Shown here: positions 20,126-30,576 of the stretch, in pieces | Numbering within the stretch: position 1 is the first letter of the stretch | Layout of the letters: every line of letters begins with the position of its first letter | Assembly: GCA_947626695.1 (NCBI GenBank) | Contig: CANQTE010000001.1 | Span: 14 to 64,013, forward strand | Direction of reading: 5' to 3' | DNA from: an uncultured Bacilli bacterium | GTDB lineage: Bacteria > Bacillota_I > Bacilli_A > RF39 > UBA660 | Length of the DNA: 64,000 bases | Made by a program: the position numbers and the translations under genes | The notes under the pieces: generated by a model | Told to the model about the DNA's origin: nothing | Seen by the model: only the letters and a program-made list of their open reading frames with translations | The model's database searches: none

Positions 20126-21814
20126 TTACATCGACGTTTGCATTTCATTAATTAAATTATTTCCTTGCTCGGCAATAGTATCTATATCTCTATCATTTGC
20201 CATTTGCATTTGCATGGTATTTTTAAGGTTGTTTGCCTGTTGTTCCATTAAATTAATTTGTTTATCGGCTTCTTTTCTTTTGCGTAATATTTCCTCTAGT
20301 TTAGCTTTAGGCATAACACTATCTGGGTCTAAGCTTTCTACATATTCATCAAAAGAAATTTTATTTTGAATAAACATATTTTCTAAAGAAAGTTCTTGTG
20401 CATATTTGTCATAAGCACCTTTTGGGGTTATATCTACTTTTACACTTGTGTTTAATGCTTCTAATATAAAACTATCTACTTGAGCTAAATTAGTTGTTAC
20501 AGCCCCTGTAATAGGGTCTTTTTCTTCTACTTCAATAATAAGTCCATTTTGGGCATAAGTTTTCCACATATCGAACCAAATTCTTGCAATATCTTCTATA
20601 AAACTTTTTAAGGCTACCATTTGGTCATTTAACGGCTGATTTTGAGCATTTTGTACTGCAAGAATTGCTCTACCACTTGCACTTTCAGGATTAACATTAC
20701 CAGTTGTAACATCACTAGCATTATTTAAATCTCTGGAATAAGTAATAAGTTCTGATTGTAATTTTTCACTATCAGCACTCATTTGAGCAGGTTGAGTAAC
20801 TTGGAAAACATCACTTGCTTTCATCGTTCCATTACCATTAAATTTAACTACTCCACCGACTGTATTTACTGCCTCAGGATTTTTAACCATGCCTATGTCA
20901 ACAACCTTGTTAGGGTAAGCAATATTTTTAACTGTGATTGCTCTACGCATTGCCGTTTTATTCGTTTCTAATTGGTTAGGAATAAGCTGTCTTACCTCTC
21001 CAATACCTCTTGCATTTCCTTCTTGGTCTTCCCAGTTAAAATGTGCTACTGGATAAAGTCTTAACCCCGTATCACTATCTTTTTCAAACTCACAATATTT
21101 AGTAGATTGACTAAAATGTATAGTACCATCTTTGCGATATAACTTAGTAATAAGCCAAGCTTTATCATCTAATTCATCTTTAGCACTTTCACCACTTGCC
21201 TCAGATGTATCATTGTCTCCTACAATACTTTTTATTAATTCATCTGGTAAGCCTTTATCTTTCGCTATTTGTTGTAGTTCTATAATTGTTTTACGTTGTC
21301 TAAGTAAAATATAAGGCTGTAATTGTATTTCTTCTTCGTTTTCATCACCATACATAATATCATTTTTACTTATAATTTCATTTATTGGAATATTATTAAC
21401 GGTATCATAAGTAACATAACATACTGCCTCATCATTAATAGCAGCCTGTTTAGCCCATTTTTTAACCTTTTTGTCCATGAAGTCTTTATCCCAAGCTTTG
21501 CTAGCTTTTTTATTAAGTAAACTACATACTTTACTTGCAGTATCACTAAATTCACTTGTTTCTAAGTTTTCAGGACTATAATTTATAGCAAACAAATTAG
21601 ATGTAATAGTTGATACTTTTTGTTTTACTGTTGTTTTAATAAAATTGTATTGTATCTTCTCAATACCTTTAATATTAAGTCCTGCCCATTGGTCTCCATT
21701 ATACATACGATAATTTAAATCAGTATCAGAAAATATATGCCTTAATCTCATGAAATCTAAATGCTTTTCATAAATTGTCCATATATCTGTTTTTTGTAAC
21801 TCCTCTAAATTCAT
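20126..21814 (-). CDS. Portal protein
   Basis: 562 aa, immediately downstream of terL. Its size and position are typical. Confidence 0.6.
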   Translation of the reverse strand: MNLEELQKTDIWTIYEKHLDFMRLRHIFSDTDLNYRMYNGDQWAGLNIKGIEKIQYNFIKTTVKQKVSTITSNLFAINYSPENLETSEFSDTASKVCSLLNKKASKAWDKDFMDKKVKKWAKQAAINDEAVCYVTYDTVNNIPINEIISKNDIMYGDENEEEIQLQPYILLRQRKTIIELQQIAKDKGLPDELIKSIVGDNDTSEASGESAKDELDDKAWLITKLYRKDGTIHFSQSTKYCEFEKDSDTGLRLYPVAHFNWEDQEGNARGIGEVRQLIPNQLETNKTAMRRAITVKNIAYPNKVVDIGMVKNPEAVNTVGGVVKFNGNGTMKASDVFQVTQPAQMSADSEKLQSELITYSRDLNNASDVTTGNVNPESASGRAILAVQNAQNQPLNDQMVALKSFIEDIARIWFDMWKTYAQNGLIIEVEEKDPITGAVTTNLAQVDSFILEALNTSVKVDITPKGAYDKYAQELSLENMFIQNKISFDEYVESLDPDSVMPKAKLEEILRKRKEADKQINLMEQQANNLKNTMQMQMANDRDIDTIAEQGNNLINEMQTSM

Positions 21815-21826
21815 TTTACACCTCTA

Positions 21827-22102
21827 TTAAAAATCTTTTTGTCCAAGTCCAGTACCATCATAATTTTCAATATTCTCTAAATTAATCTCCATTATTTTGG
21901 CTTTTTCATCTAATTTCTCTTGTTCTATTTTCTCTGTTTTATATTCTTTATATATCTTTACTGGATTTAACTCTGGCATTTTAATTTCTTTGTTATTTTT
22001 TAAGTTATTTCCTAATATTAATCCAAGTGAAAAGCCTCCTATAATAAGGAAACTTATTAATGCTGATAATATAATCATACAACAACTATCTCCTCTCCCC
22101 AA
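21827..22102 (-). CDS. Small membrane protein
   Basis: N-terminal TM segment. It sits between terL and the portal. Confidence 0.3.
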   Translation of the reverse strand: MGRGDSCCMIILSALISFLIIGGFSLGLILGNNLKNNKEIKMPELNPVKIYKEYKTEKIEQEKLDEKAKIMEINLENIENYDGTGLGQKDF

Positions 22103-23451
22103 TCATAATTTCTTGGTCTTTCTATTTCAAAATTAAATACTTCATCTTTATTTATTATTTCTTTACTTGGTGCAGTTCTACTTACGCAAAAATATCTAAG
22201 TGCGTCAGTAATGTGTGTTAATTCATGTGGTTCTGTTGCAACATCATTAGGATTTTTTTCATCGTGTTGTAATTGTGGTAAACATCTAATTAAATTAATA
22301 CAATTACTAAATATTTTTAAATCAGTATCTTCTATTAATTCGCCTGTTTGTTCATGTCTTACTTTCCTTACCTTTAACCACTCTTTAACATTTAACCAAC
22401 CAGCAATTCGATTATTACTTGCTTTAGTTAAATATATTTTACCTTCTGCAAATAACTCCGCTGTACTCTTACCAGTATCTCTATTTTTACTCCAAAGGTC
22501 TGGCGGTGCAAATATATCTTTATACTCATTATTTCGCATTATGCTTTTTAAAGTTTGTCTTGCCTCACTTACAATTAATCCACTTTTATATATTTCATTA
22601 TAAACATAGGCTTTTCCTTTCGTATCTATTGCAATAAAAATAACTGCGAACATATCTAGTCCGTAGTCCATTGCTATATATCTATTCCAATGCTTAGGTA
22701 TCTCAAAAGGTTTTACAACATGTAAACTTCTTTTAAATTCTGGAAAGAACATACCGTCATATATATCCCAGTCACCATATTTTAGAGCTTTTCTTTCTTT
22801 TTCAGGTAGGTTATCTAATCTGTTAATATAATCTGGGTCATAATCTAGCATAAACTTATTATCAGTTACTAAACTAGGAATAAATATTCTTGTACTTGTC
22901 TCAGTTGAATTTTCACCTAATTTGCAGTTATGAATTACATTAGGTTCCCCTATATCTATAAATCTTGTCTTTACCCAACTGTGTCCGACACCTCCTGGAT
23001 TAGTGGAACTTTTCATCATCTTAGGATAATTATTTGCCCCTCTACATCTTGAAATCATATAAGTGTACATATATTCAGTAAAATGAGTTAATTCATCAAA
23101 TCTTATTACATCATACTCTGCTGATTGATACTGATATACATCTTTCTCACTATCAATATAGCCAAAATCTATAATACTTCCATTTTGGAAAGTCCATATA
23201 TGTTTACTAGAATTATAATTTGCTATTTCTTTAGGATATAATTCTAAACTTACTCTAATTAATGATTTTTCTAAATCTGGAAATGTACGTCTAAATATTA
23301 TTTGTTTAGATTTAGAATATTTAAGAGCATATAAAAAGGCATCTATTAATTGCCCATAACTTTTTCCTCCACCTGCTGCACCACCAAATAAAGTTTCAAA
23401 AGCAACACTATCTATAAATGATTTTTGCTTTTTAGTTATTGATAACTTCAT
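22075..23451 (-). CDS. terL: Terminase large subunit
   Basis: Walker A motif GGAAGGGKS near the N-terminus and a nuclease-like C-terminal half. It is followed by the portal. Confidence 0.75.
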   Translation of the reverse strand: MKLSITKKQKSFIDSVAFETLFGGAAGGGKSYGQLIDAFLYALKYSKSKQIIFRRTFPDLEKSLIRVSLELYPKEIANYNSSKHIWTFQNGSIIDFGYIDSEKDVYQYQSAEYDVIRFDELTHFTEYMYTYMISRCRGANNYPKMMKSSTNPGGVGHSWVKTRFIDIGEPNVIHNCKLGENSTETSTRIFIPSLVTDNKFMLDYDPDYINRLDNLPEKERKALKYGDWDIYDGMFFPEFKRSLHVVKPFEIPKHWNRYIAMDYGLDMFAVIFIAIDTKGKAYVYNEIYKSGLIVSEARQTLKSIMRNNEYKDIFAPPDLWSKNRDTGKSTAELFAEGKIYLTKASNNRIAGWLNVKEWLKVRKVRHEQTGELIEDTDLKIFSNCINLIRCLPQLQHDEKNPNDVATEPHELTHITDALRYFCVSRTAPSKEIINKDEVFNFEIERPRNYDWGEEIVVV

Positions 23452-23458
23452 TTAGCAC

Positions 23459-23815
23459 CTATTCAATTACATTAATATCAACTTTAAATGTTGTATTAGT
23501 AGTTGCTTCTCCTTTAGCTAATGCTCTTTTATCATATAATGTCCCTATAACTGTTGTTAAGTTATTTACTGGTATATCATCTTTGTCTAATGCTTTATCT
23601 AAATTATCCATAGCTTTATCTATTATTTTAGTTGCTTTTTCTATAAATTCACTCTTTTTTTGTTCGTATAGTTTTGGATTTTCCATAACTGCTTTTTTTA
23701 CAGTTTTATCATGTATTCCTACTTCTCTTGCAGTTTCACTGTAATTGCCAGTTTTAGCATAGCTAGTAATAGCTTTTACTTTAGTTTCATTATCTATCTT
23801 TTTTCCTTTAACCAT
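23459..23815 (-). CDS. terS: Terminase small subunit (HTH)
   Basis: 118 aa, directly upstream of terL, with an HTH-like segment (YSETAREVGIHDKTVKKA). Confidence 0.55.
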   Translation of the reverse strand: MVKGKKIDNETKVKAITSYAKTGNYSETAREVGIHDKTVKKAVMENPKLYEQKKSEFIEKATKIIDKAMDNLDKALDKDDIPVNNLTTVIGTLYDKRALAKGEATTNTTFKVDINVIE

Positions 23816-23967
23816 AAACTAGCTCCTCTCCATTTGTTTTTATTTTTTGAAAGCATAAAATAATGGAAAGAATTTATTAAATCTAAATATTAAAGTTTTA
23901 TACCATATAAGATAATATAGATTTATGACTATTTTATGCTCTCGAAAAGTAAAAAAAGGTAAAAGAA

Positions 23968-23990
23968 GAATTATGCTCTTTAATAATTAG
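23968..23990. repeat. Left arm of a 23-bp perfect inverted repeat flanking the GC-rich noncoding island
   Basis: gaattatgctctttaataattag is the reverse complement of 24567..24589. Confidence 0.8.
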
Positions 23991-24049
23991 ATATTTGATG
24001 TTCCTCACATTAATTTACTATATAAACATATTTTTTATTTCAGCCATAG

Positions 24050-24565
24050 ATTAACAAAAGCCCTCATTAAGATAGCTAGTCTTAAGTCTCTTTTGCCGTA
24101 CATCACAATCTAAGGAGGCTTGCACTCCTAAATTTCACACGTGTAGGGAATTGTTTCATTTACTGTATTAAAATCCGCTCTAATACTTAAATTCTTGAAA
24201 GAGGTGTAGATTTGTGCTACTTTAACCAGTTTCTAATCTTATAGCCTATCACTAGGTATCAACTACACTATAACTTATTAGCCTGTCTATCATTTAGTCT
24301 TTACTCGCTACAGTAATAACATCAGATTCTTAGTCCCGGTAAGGAGTGTCAGTCCCTACGTTTTCAGAGGTTATTACGATTAGTACTGTGCCTTATACAC
24401 CTACATAGTAAACTACTAATGTCTTTTTTCATACTTTGTATGTCACGATTTTGGTGTTGCCAACAAAATCAACTCAATCCCTTAAAAAGCCACCCTTTTA
24501 AGTAATAAGTATAAGACATTATCCTTGCAAGATTACCTCTCTTGTTTTTCACAAGGTTCAAATAT
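24050..24565. ncRNA. Candidate large structured noncoding RNA, or the cargo of a small TIR-bounded element, between the late-activator gene and terS
   Basis: About 0.5 kb with clearly higher GC than the flanking phage DNA. No ORF of 60 aa or more on either strand. There are many short complementary segments (e.g. cgtgtaggga with tccctacg), and the region is enclosed by the 23-bp inverted repeat. Confidence 0.4.
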
Positions 24566-24566
24566 T

Positions 24567-24589
24567 CTAATTATTAAAGAGCATAATTC
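24567..24589. repeat. Right arm of the 23-bp perfect inverted repeat
   Basis: ctaattattaaagagcataattc; the arms are 576 bp apart. Confidence 0.8.
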
Positions 24590-24659
24590 AAATGAAAAAA
24601 ACAATAAAACTTCCTATAAGATATTAAAAATATCTTATAATACCATAATACCACAAATT

Positions 24660-25103
24660 TTAATGACATTGGGTGACATCTTTTAATTCTTTATAAATTC
24701 TTTGTACTTGCCTTTTAGAATACCCAATTAAAACTGCGATTTCATCATATGAATAGTGCATTTTTTCTTTATAAAACTGTATCATTTCCTCTTTAGTTGA
24801 TTTCTTTTCTTTTTCCCAAATTAATTCTATTAATAAATCTTTATAGCTATAATAAGCTTTTTTAACCTCACTAAGTTCTGTTCTTAAATCATCTTGTTCC
24901 GCGATACTTAGTAATATTTTATCATTAGTTCTTCTTCCACCTTTTACCATAATATCTTTTGGTACTACACTCCTTAATCTTATTTTAGCAAAGTTAATAC
25001 GTAATCTATGAGCTATATCATAGTATCGTATTTTTAGCTTTCCCATTTCTTCTATTACTTCTTCAATAGTTAATTCTTTTCCACTCATATAAATTCCTTT
25101 CAT
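24660..25103 (-). CDS. ArpU/RinA-like phage late-gene transcriptional activator (sigma region-4-like HTH)
   Basis: 147 aa. The C-terminal YDEIAVLIGYSKRQVQRIYKEL matches a sigma-70 region-4-type HTH. It lies immediately upstream of the packaging module. Confidence 0.5.
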   Translation of the reverse strand: MKGIYMSGKELTIEEVIEEMGKLKIRYYDIAHRLRINFAKIRLRSVVPKDIMVKGGRRTNDKILLSIAEQDDLRTELSEVKKAYYSYKDLLIELIWEKEKKSTKEEMIQFYKEKMHYSYDEIAVLIGYSKRQVQRIYKELKDVTQCH

Positions 25104-25113
25104 AGGAAGTTTT

Positions 25114-25467
25114 TTATTTTTTTAATTCATTTATAACACCATTTATTAATTCAGTTAATTTTTCAACAGAACCATCTAACTTACCATGAAATAATTTTTC
25201 TGCTACATAACCTGGGTGTTTTTCAGAATCTAGTTTAAATCCAAATGATCCAATACTCATTACACTTACATATAAATCAGTTTGTTTTAATCCCCGTTGC
25301 AGCATACCAAATTTTTGACAGCCCAAGTTAAATAAAATATCATAATGAGTATATTCCTCATCAGTCCAACCTATAATTACAGGTTCTTTAATTAATAAGA
25401 AATCTGCGATTGTTCTATATGTATTTTTTCCATTTATTACTTCTTCGTATTTATCAAAATTTACCAT
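25114..25467 (-). CDS. hypothetical phage protein
   Basis: ORF only. Confidence 0.3.
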   Translation of the reverse strand: MVNFDKYEEVINGKNTYRTIADFLLIKEPVIIGWTDEEYTHYDILFNLGCQKFGMLQRGLKQTDLYVSVMSIGSFGFKLDSEKHPGYVAEKLFHGKLDGSVEKLTELINGVINELKK

Positions 25468-25747
25468 CTTTAGTTACCTCCAACAATGTATCAATATCAA
25501 CCATTTTTAATTTTACTAAGTTATTTAAACTACTAGCTAGTAATGTATTTATACTTACCATATTTCCATAAAATATCTGTTTACTTGAATCCATGCCAGG
25601 CAATCTATAAACTAAGATTAAACCTTCATAAGGAAGATTATACTTACTTTTATTTAATCCACCTTTTGTTTTAACTTTTAAATCATATTTTTTTAAAATA
25701 TCATCTTCAATCAATATTTGATTTGCTTTCGGTTTTGTTATTTTCAT
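25454..25747 (-). CDS. hypothetical phage protein
   Basis: ORF only. Confidence 0.3.
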   Translation of the reverse strand: MKITKPKANQILIEDDILKKYDLKVKTKGGLNKSKYNLPYEGLILVYRLPGMDSSKQIFYGNMVSINTLLASSLNNLVKLKMVDIDTLLEVTKDGKF

Positions 25748-26017
25748 TTCCTTACCCTACCTTTACCTTTTAAATTTTCTAATTCAATTTTTGCTTTTTC
25801 AAGTTCTATATTTAGTTCAAAAATTAATTTAGTATATATTTCAATTAAATATTCTAATTGTTCTTCTCTAGTTACTTTTCTGTAATTATCATTCATTTAT
25901 CTTCTCCATTAAATGATTTATTATGTTGTATTTCTTCTTTTTCACTGCACCTTTTTGATACGACTAAACAGCAATAAATAAATACAAACATAATTGATAA
26001 TAATATTAGTAATATAA

Positions 26018-26251
26018 TTAACATTGGCTTTCTTCCTTATCTTTTAAAATTAATAATAAATCATCTAAATATGGATTAAAATTGCTACACACTTTACTTG
26101 AATTAATATTACTTATATAAGTTATTGCTTTATCAATTCTTTGTTGTAAATCATAATTTGTTACAAATAGTTGTGCATAATCATCTTTTAAATGATTAAA
26201 AGCAATTATCATTTGTTCTCTATTTAATTTAACAAATTCTCTGCTTTCCAT
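26018..26251 (-). CDS. hypothetical phage protein
   Basis: ORF only. Confidence 0.3.
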   Translation of the reverse strand: MESREFVKLNREQMIIAFNHLKDDYAQLFVTNYDLQQRIDKAITYISNINSSKVCSNFNPYLDDLLLILKDKEESQC

Positions 26252-26626
26252 TTATTCATCTCCTATTCTATAACAATAATTCTCAAATTGTTCTTTAGTT
26301 AAAATTGTTTTAATATCATTTGATAACCAAGACTTATTATGTGATACATTGCCAATTCTAACATATTCGCCTGTTATATCTTGTATTAATTCACCATTAA
26401 CATAATCTCCAACTTCAATTAAATCTGTAATATTATGACTTGCTTTTATAATATTTTGGCTTGTAGCTCTATATCTTTTACGTTCTAAAAGAAAGTTATC
26501 TCTCCAATGATTTTTAGATGGGTGTGTTGGATATTTTTTCTTTCTTTCATCAGCATAATCAATATGCAATATTTTATCAATTTCACCTTTTTTAGTTCTA
26601 CAATACATTCCTACTTCTAATTTCAT
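26252..26626 (-). CDS. hypothetical phage protein
   Basis: ORF only. Confidence 0.3.
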   Translation of the reverse strand: MKLEVGMYCRTKKGEIDKILHIDYADERKKKYPTHPSKNHWRDNFLLERKRYRATSQNIIKASHNITDLIEVGDYVNGELIQDITGEYVRIGNVSHNKSWLSNDIKTILTKEQFENYCYRIGDE

Positions 26627-27051
26627 AGCCCTAATTCCTCTAATGTATATTCTTTATCTAATTCCATGCCTTTGTACATTGTATCTTTATCAAAACTAGG
26701 AAAAATTGCTTGACCTCCTAAATGATTTATTATAATGTATTCCTTTCCATTTTCAATTACGCTATGACTGTAATTATAATGATGCTTAATTATGTATCTT
26801 ACTTTATCTCTAAACGGTCTAATAACACCACTTAAATATCTTCTTTCAACGTCATCAAGTATTGGTTCTTCTCCTTCTAAAATTAGTTTTATTTTTCCTT
26901 GTCTTTTCATTTTTTCCAATATTTTATTATCTTCAGTAGTTAATTTATTTAAAAATTCTATTTCTAAACCATTAGTTGTTTTATCTTCATAATTTTTTAA
27001 TGTATAATTCAGAATAAATTTTTCAATTCTAACTTCTTTTTCCAATTTCAT
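26623..27051 (-). CDS. hypothetical phage protein
   Basis: ORF only. Confidence 0.3.
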   Translation of the reverse strand: MKLEKEVRIEKFILNYTLKNYEDKTTNGLEIEFLNKLTTEDNKILEKMKRQGKIKLILEGEEPILDDVERRYLSGVIRPFRDKVRYIIKHHYNYSHSVIENGKEYIIINHLGGQAIFPSFDKDTMYKGMELDKEYTLEELGL

Positions 27052-27359
27052 TTTTCTTCACCCTCTATTCTCTCTAATTGTCTGTTTATTTTTTGTTCCA
27101 TTGTCATATGTATATCATAAGGTTCTATTTTGTAATATTCCATAAATTGACTAAGCATAACTAATACATCAGCTATTTCTTCAGTAATATGTTCTGTCGC
27201 TATATCACTTGGATAAGCTTCTTGATCATGTCGGATAATAGCTTCATTTAATTCAAATATTTCACTTTGAAAATATTTTAACTGAGGTATTATTCCATAA
27301 TGATTAATTATCTTTAATAAATCTTCGCTCATTTTTTTCACCTGTATTATCTCTTTCAT
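27048..27359 (-). CDS. MazG-like nucleotide pyrophosphohydrolase
   Basis: EHITEEIADVLVMLSQF...EQKINRQLER matches the all-alpha MazG/dUTPase-like EExxD core. Confidence 0.5.
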   Translation of the reverse strand: MKEIIQVKKMSEDLLKIINHYGIIPQLKYFQSEIFELNEAIIRHDQEAYPSDIATEHITEEIADVLVMLSQFMEYYKIEPYDIHMTMEQKINRQLERIEGEEK

Positions 27360-27990
27360 AAATTCTTTTTAAATCATTTAATAAACTATCAATATCCAAT
27401 CCACTAGTATCTTCTATAATTGCCTCTATTAGCATTTCAATACCTAATAGCATAGTTGTATGTGGTGTTCCCATTTCAATCTTTAATTCAGCATTATCCT
27501 TATCTACGGTTTTTATTGTTATCATTTTAATTTTACTTCCTTATCTACAACTTCAATATAGTAAATACTTGATTTTGGGATTATATAGTTTTTAAAATTT
27601 ACACTACTGTCATTGTTGTTCATTTTATTAAAAATATTATCTAAAAATATATAATCTTCTTCTATTTCAATAATTTTTTCATTCATTAAATGTATTAACA
27701 TTTTCTTTTCCATTTTTTTCCTCTTTCTAATTGCCCTAATCAATTTTTAAAGAATAGCCATTATCAAGTAACCATTTTTTAGATTTTTCTACCAAGTTTT
27801 TTGGCATAATAGGAACTTGCAATCTCATTTTATGTAATGCTATTCTAGCTACTTTAGGACTTGGTGGCATATTATTTAAGTTTATATCACTTAATTTATC
27901 TAAAAGTTCTTTATCGCTTAAATCCTCAAATATTATTAATAATTCATTTCTCTTTTTTACATATTCACTTATTTTTATTTCATCGCTCAT
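27304..27990 (-). CDS. Three small hypothetical phage ORFs (27304..27525, 27522..27743, 27736..27990)
   Basis: Overlapping start/stop coupling. Confidence 0.3.
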
Positions 27991-28013
27991 TATTTATTAC
28001 TTCCTTTCTAATC

Positions 28014-28568
28014 TTTCAAAAATCAATTGTTTAGGTAATACCTTATGGCAAAACCAACTTGTATTAAACCAATTACTGCTCCTTTTTTTATCATAGTTTT
28101 CAATCATGTTTTCCATAAATTGGATTCTACCATCAAGCACCATAAATTCTATCCCATTTTTTCTAAACATTTCACCTCTTGTTTTACCCTCTAATGTCGT
28201 AATAGAAAGTAATAAACAAAAAGGTTTTCCATATTCATAACATTTTTTAAAAAATCATCTTTAAGGCTATACGGCGGATTAGTTATAATCATATCAAAAT
28301 CAAAGTTGGCATTATCAGTTAAAAAGTTAAAATTATCTTTATGTGTTGATATTACTTCATATCCATTTTCTTTTAGCACTTTTGTAATATTACTACTACC
28401 ATAATCGGTACATTCCCAGATAATAGGTCTTCTATATTCATAGTTAAAACCATATTGCTTTTCTATTTCTTTAGGTATATATTTTAATAAAGGTTTTATT
28501 GCATAAGCTGGTGTATATATATCATCAAATTTTGGCTTTTGCATATAATCAATCATTGTTTTTTTCAT
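28014..28568 (-). pseudogene. N6-adenine DNA methyltransferase interrupted by a frameshift or stop (fragments 28191..28568 and 28014..28190)
   Basis: The NPPY motif (IITNPPYSL) is in the 125-aa ORF. Translation continues in another frame (TTLEGKTRGEMFRKNGIEFMVLDGRIQF...) directly after the stop. Confidence 0.4.
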
Positions 28569-28899
28569 TTTTGCCTTCTTTCAATTCTTGTAATTTATAT
28601 AAACATTCTTTAAAAATATCATACCTATATCTATCTTCGCCATGTGTAGATAAATAGCAAAATTTTTCATTTTCCAAAGTTGTTTCAAACCAATGTTCAA
28701 ATTCAACTAAAACTTCACTATCTGTTAGTTTATGATTTTCTTTTAAGCGGCCTCCACAATCGTTTCTTTTACAAATATATTTTTTTAATTTTTTATTTTC
28801 TTGTTCCAATTTTTCATAAGCTTTTGCGATTGCTAAAGCATAAGGAAATTCCTCTTGTTTTATTGTATCAATTATTTTTTTAGTTTCTTCTTCACTCAT
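28549..28899 (-). CDS. hypothetical phage protein
   Basis: ORF only. Confidence 0.3.
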   Translation of the reverse strand: MSEEETKKIIDTIKQEEFPYALAIAKAYEKLEQENKKLKKYICKRNDCGGRLKENHKLTDSEVLVEFEHWFETTLENEKFCYLSTHGEDRYRYDIFKECLYKLQELKEGKNEKNND

Positions 28900-29105
28900 T
28901 TTTTACCTCTTTTAAAAAACATATAATCTATCTTCTCTTTTAATTTCAAATATTCTTCATCAAATTCAAAGGATTTACATTCGTGCATATCTTTTAAACC
29001 CATATTAGTTGTATGAATTGACCAAGCTGATATTAAAACCTTTTTACAAGTGCATTTACCTTTATCATTTCTATATTTACATCTTAAATCAGCACATAAT
29101 ATCAT
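28896..29105 (-). CDS. Small Cys-rich protein
   Basis: CxxxxxC...CTCKK...HECK cysteine pattern. Confidence 0.3.
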   Translation of the reverse strand: MILCADLRCKYRNDKGKCTCKKVLISAWSIHTTNMGLKDMHECKSFEFDEEYLKLKEKIDYMFFKRGKK

Positions 29106-29869
29106 TCTTTACCACCTTTATTAACAAAAGCCAAGACTTCTTGGAGTGCTTTTGACGTTGTAGTAAAAATTCCATAATAATTTATCCTATCTACCAAAAA
29201 ATTAACAAGTTGTTGTTTAAATCGGTCATTTTCCTTAGTTGTGTTTGTTAATCTACTTTTTTTAGTATTATCATATAAACTTTCCATTTTATTTTTCTTC
29301 CAACCTTTCTTTTAAGTATTTTTGATTTTTAATAAGTTGATTACATACTGCACCAATTTTTATTAAACATGTATCATAATAACTATCTTCAAATTTATCT
29401 ACAAAATTTATTTCTTTTATGTCTTCCCACCCATTTTCTTCTGGCAGAATTTCAACTGTATCATTTAAAATTGCATATCCTCCTGAAATTTTATAATATA
29501 AATCTTTTTCTCTTTCTAATATTCCATTTAAATAATAATGTGTTGCTAATAATTCAAATATGTCATCATATATTTTTATTTTTTTAGGTGCTTTATTATC
29601 TTTAATAAGCCCAATTAATTCATAAATTGTTATTGTCATTTCTTACCTCCGAAAATGTCCATTTGTTCAACATTTAAACTCTTCAATTCTTCTATTTTAT
29701 CGTTTTGCTCTTTAATAAAATTCTTTAATTTTTCAATATCTTTGTTCTTACACTTTATAATACCTTCTAATGCTAAATTATTAGTTTTTAGCATAGTATT
29801 TTCAGCTTTCAATTTTTCAAAATTTTCTATTTTAAATGCATCGTCCATCGTTAAATATTTTCCTTTCAT
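29102..29869 (-). CDS. Three hypothetical phage ORFs (29102..29287, 29289..29639, 29636..29869)
   Basis: ORFs only; the last is coiled-coil. Confidence 0.3.
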
Positions 29870-30004
29870 TTTACACTCCTATTTAAAAAATAAAGCCCAA
29901 ACCCGCTACTGCAAACTCGACTTTAAGTAAAGGACTCATTTTATATTTGATATGGTGTATTACTTTGCATAGCAGTGACTAGTGATTAGTAGCTTTTAAG
30001 ACAA

Positions 30005-30457
30005 TTATTCAAAAGGCATATCACTTAAGTCAACTTCATTAGCGAACTCCTCAAAAGGATTTGCTTCTTGTGGTATTTCTCCTACATTTACTTGTTCTTG
30101 TGTTGTTCCTTCTGTTTTTCCTTTTGTATCTAAAAATGTAATATTACTACAAATAACTTCTGTAATATATTTTTTAGTACCATTTTGTGCCTGATAATTT
30201 CTTGTTTGTATTCTTCCTTCAACTGCAACTTGACTTCCTTTATGACAATACTTAGTTAAATTATCTGCAAGTTTTCCCCAGGCAACACAGTTGATAAAAT
30301 CTGCGTCTTGCTTTTCGTCATTTTGAGAATTATAAGGCCTCGAAACTGCAAGTGCAAAAGTCGCTACACCTAAATTAGATTGTGTAAATCTAAGCTCTGC
30401 ATCTTTAGTTAATCTTCCAATTAAAATAACTTTATTCATAATCTTCCTCATTTTCAT
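30005..30457 (-). CDS. ssb: Single-stranded DNA-binding protein
   Basis: OB-fold signature (VILIGRLTKDAELRFT...GVATFALAV...NCVAWGKLADN) and an acidic C-terminal DxxDMPFE tail. Confidence 0.8.
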   Translation of the reverse strand: MKMRKIMNKVILIGRLTKDAELRFTQSNLGVATFALAVSRPYNSQNDEKQDADFINCVAWGKLADNLTKYCHKGSQVAVEGRIQTRNYQAQNGTKKYITEVICSNITFLDTKGKTEGTTQEQVNVGEIPQEANPFEEFANEVDLSDMPFE

Positions 30458-30576
30458 ATTTTTCTATTATCTCTAGTAAGTCCTCAATTATTGATATTAA
30501 CTGATCCTTTATAGGCAATTTATCATAATTGTATATTGTTTTTTTACAAGCTTTCTCAACTATTTTTCTATCAAAT

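Noticed and set aside
24050-24565. Whether the GC-rich island is tmRNA, RNase P RNA, a group I/II intron or a retron msr/msd
   Set aside because: There is no tmRNA tag ORF or GGGG/CCA ends and no RNase P AGGAAAGTCCGGGCTC-type core. No group II domain V (GAGCCGUAUG...) is present, and the island does not interrupt a gene. No reverse transcriptase is adjacent.
29870-30005. Imperfect inverted repeat (gctactgcaaa / tttgcatagcagt) upstream of ssb
   Set aside because: There are several mismatches. It is probably a promoter or terminator region and not distinctive.
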